Shown here piece by piece: positions 62,130-64,000 of a stretch of 64,000 nucleotides of DNA. Position 1 is the stretch's first letter, and every line of letters begins with the position of its first letter. The notes beneath the pieces are model-generated. The model did not search any database and was not told the origin of the DNA. It was given only the letters and a program-made list of their open reading frames with translations. The position numbers and the translations under genes are program-made. The stretch is from Hemiscyllium ocellatum (Eukaryota): NCBI RefSeq assembly GCF_020745735.1, contig NC_083410.1:3942117-4006116 (forward strand). Direction: 5' to 3'.

Positions 62130-64000
62130 GAGAAGCCAATAGCAGATCAGTATCGACCATGATGCCAGTCTAAAGAATCCCATCTGCATACACATGGCCC
62201 ATATCCCTCTATTCCCTCCCTGTATAAGTGTCAGTCTAAATGCCTCTAAAACGTTCCTGTTTCTACCATCTCCCCTGGCAGTGCAATACAGGCACTGACC
62301 ACCATCTGTGTAAAAACCTTTCCTCACACATTATTAATAAATATTCTCCCTCTGCAAAATTTATTCTCCCTCACCTCCTGCCACCAGTATTTGACATTTG
62401 CATCCTGGCAAAAATACTCTGACTATCCACCTTATCCATGACTCTCATAATTTTATAAATTTATATCAGATCATCCCCTAGCCTCTGACACTTTTCTGAA
62501 AACAATCCACATTTGTCCACCCTGTTCTTGTAGACTAATACACTCCAATCCAGGCAACATCCTGGTAATCCTCTTTTGCACCCTCTCCAAAGCCTCCATA
62601 TCCTTGCAGCACTGTGCTGACCAGAACAGCACACAATACTCGAAATGTGGCTGAACTAAAATGCAATACAGCTGCAACATGACGTGCCAATTTTTATAAT
62701 CAACACCCCAACCAAAGAAAACAGGCCGTGTGCCTTCTTTCCCACTTTATTCACTTGTAAGACCACTTTCCAGGAGCTATGGGCTTACATATCTAATCCT
62801 TTTGTTTTTCAATTCTCATAAGGTTCCTGCCATTTACTGTCTGCTTTCCTCTGACAAGTGACTTCCCAAAATGCATCACATTTGTCCAAATGAAACTGCT
62901 CTGCCATTTCTTGACCCAAATTTCCAACTGAATGAAATCCCACTGTATCTTTTGACAACCTTACTCACTATCCAAAATCCTCCAATTTTTGTGACATTTC
63001 AAACTTATTAAAACACAAAATTATAGTAAATCGAGCAGGAGTAGGCCATTTGGCCCTTCGAGCCTGCATGACCATTCAATAGAATCATGGCTGATCATGT
63101 AATTTCTGTATCCCATTGCTGCCGTCTCACCACACCGTTTGATCCACAAAGGGTCATGTCCAGCTTCATCTTGAATATATCAAACGAATTTGCCCAACAG
63201 CTTCCTGTGGGAGAGAATTCCACAGGTTCACAACTCTGAGTGAAGAAATTCTTCCTCATCTCAGTGTTGAGTGGTTTACTCCTTATTCTTAGATCATGAC
63301 CCCTAGTTCTGGACTTCCCCAACATTGGGAACATTCTTCCTGTATTTAGCCTGTCCAGTCACATCAGGATTTTTTATGTTTCTGTGAAATCCTCCCTCAT
63401 TCATTTAAGTTCCAGTGAGTACAAGCCCAGTTGATCCAATCTTTCCTCATATGTCAGCCCTGCCATTCCATGAATCAGTCTGGTGAACCTTGACTGCATT
63501 CCTTTTAAAATGTCCTTCCTCAGATGAGGAGAACAAAACTGCACACAATACTCAAGGTGTGGCCTTACCAAGACCCTGTATAACTGCAGCAAGACATCCT
63601 TACTCAAATCCTCTCACTCTGAACGTCAGCATGTCATTAGATTTCCTCACTGCCTGCTGCACCTACGTGCCAACCTTCAGCGACTGTTCCACCATGACGC
63701 CTATGTTTCATTGCACCTCACCTCTTCCTAAACAGCCACCATTCAGATCATAAAGTGCTATCCTGGTTTTTGTGGCCAAAGTGGATAACCTCACATTTAT
63801 CCACATTATATTGCATTTGCCAAGTATTTGCCCACTCAGCCAGTCTGTCCAAATCACCCTGCAGCCTCTTTGCATCCTCCTCACAGCACATACTGCCACC
63901 CAACTTAGTGTCATCTGCAAATGTGGTGACATGGCATTCACTTAATTCGTTCAAATTGTTGATGTATATTGTGAACAGCTGGGGTCCCAGCACTGCACCC
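62130..64000 (-). mobile_element. CR1 LINE 3' portions (two copies)
   Basis: LGPQLFTIYINNL..FADDTKLGG; LYRVLVRPHLEYCVQF; ALERVQKRITRMLPG. Confidence 0.92.

Overview
Eukaryotic genomic DNA, very likely from a cartilaginous fish. The repeat set (HE1/V-SINE-type SINEs, abundant CR1 LINEs, Penelope/Neptune elements, Gmr1-type LTR elements) fits a shark, probably a bamboo/epaulette shark; this is an inference. Most of the window is decayed transposon sequence. The host content is an immune-type locus. It holds seven single-exon, antigen-receptor-like V domains in which V and J-like G-strand are already fused in the germline. None has an RSS between V and J. Six of the seven have an identical 6-residue CDR3, and the seventh is 1 nt short of it. 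Two exons are intact (16845-17192 +, 61065-61409 +) and five are pseudogenised. One intact leader exon (52052-52103) is in frame with the 61065 V exon, and an inverted head-to-head paralogue of this gene has lost its leader splice donor. A TCR-alpha-like J segment with a 12-RSS (29001-29091) and a decayed second J lie in the middle of the cluster, with no rearranging V and no confident C exon in the window. Other notable features are many minimal hammerhead ribozyme motifs in Penelope-like repeats, fold-back Penelope insertions with target-site duplications, and a Gypsy element with INT-before-RT order. No rRNA, tRNA genes or CRISPR arrays were found. Repeat boundaries are approximate; exon boundaries were counted by hand.
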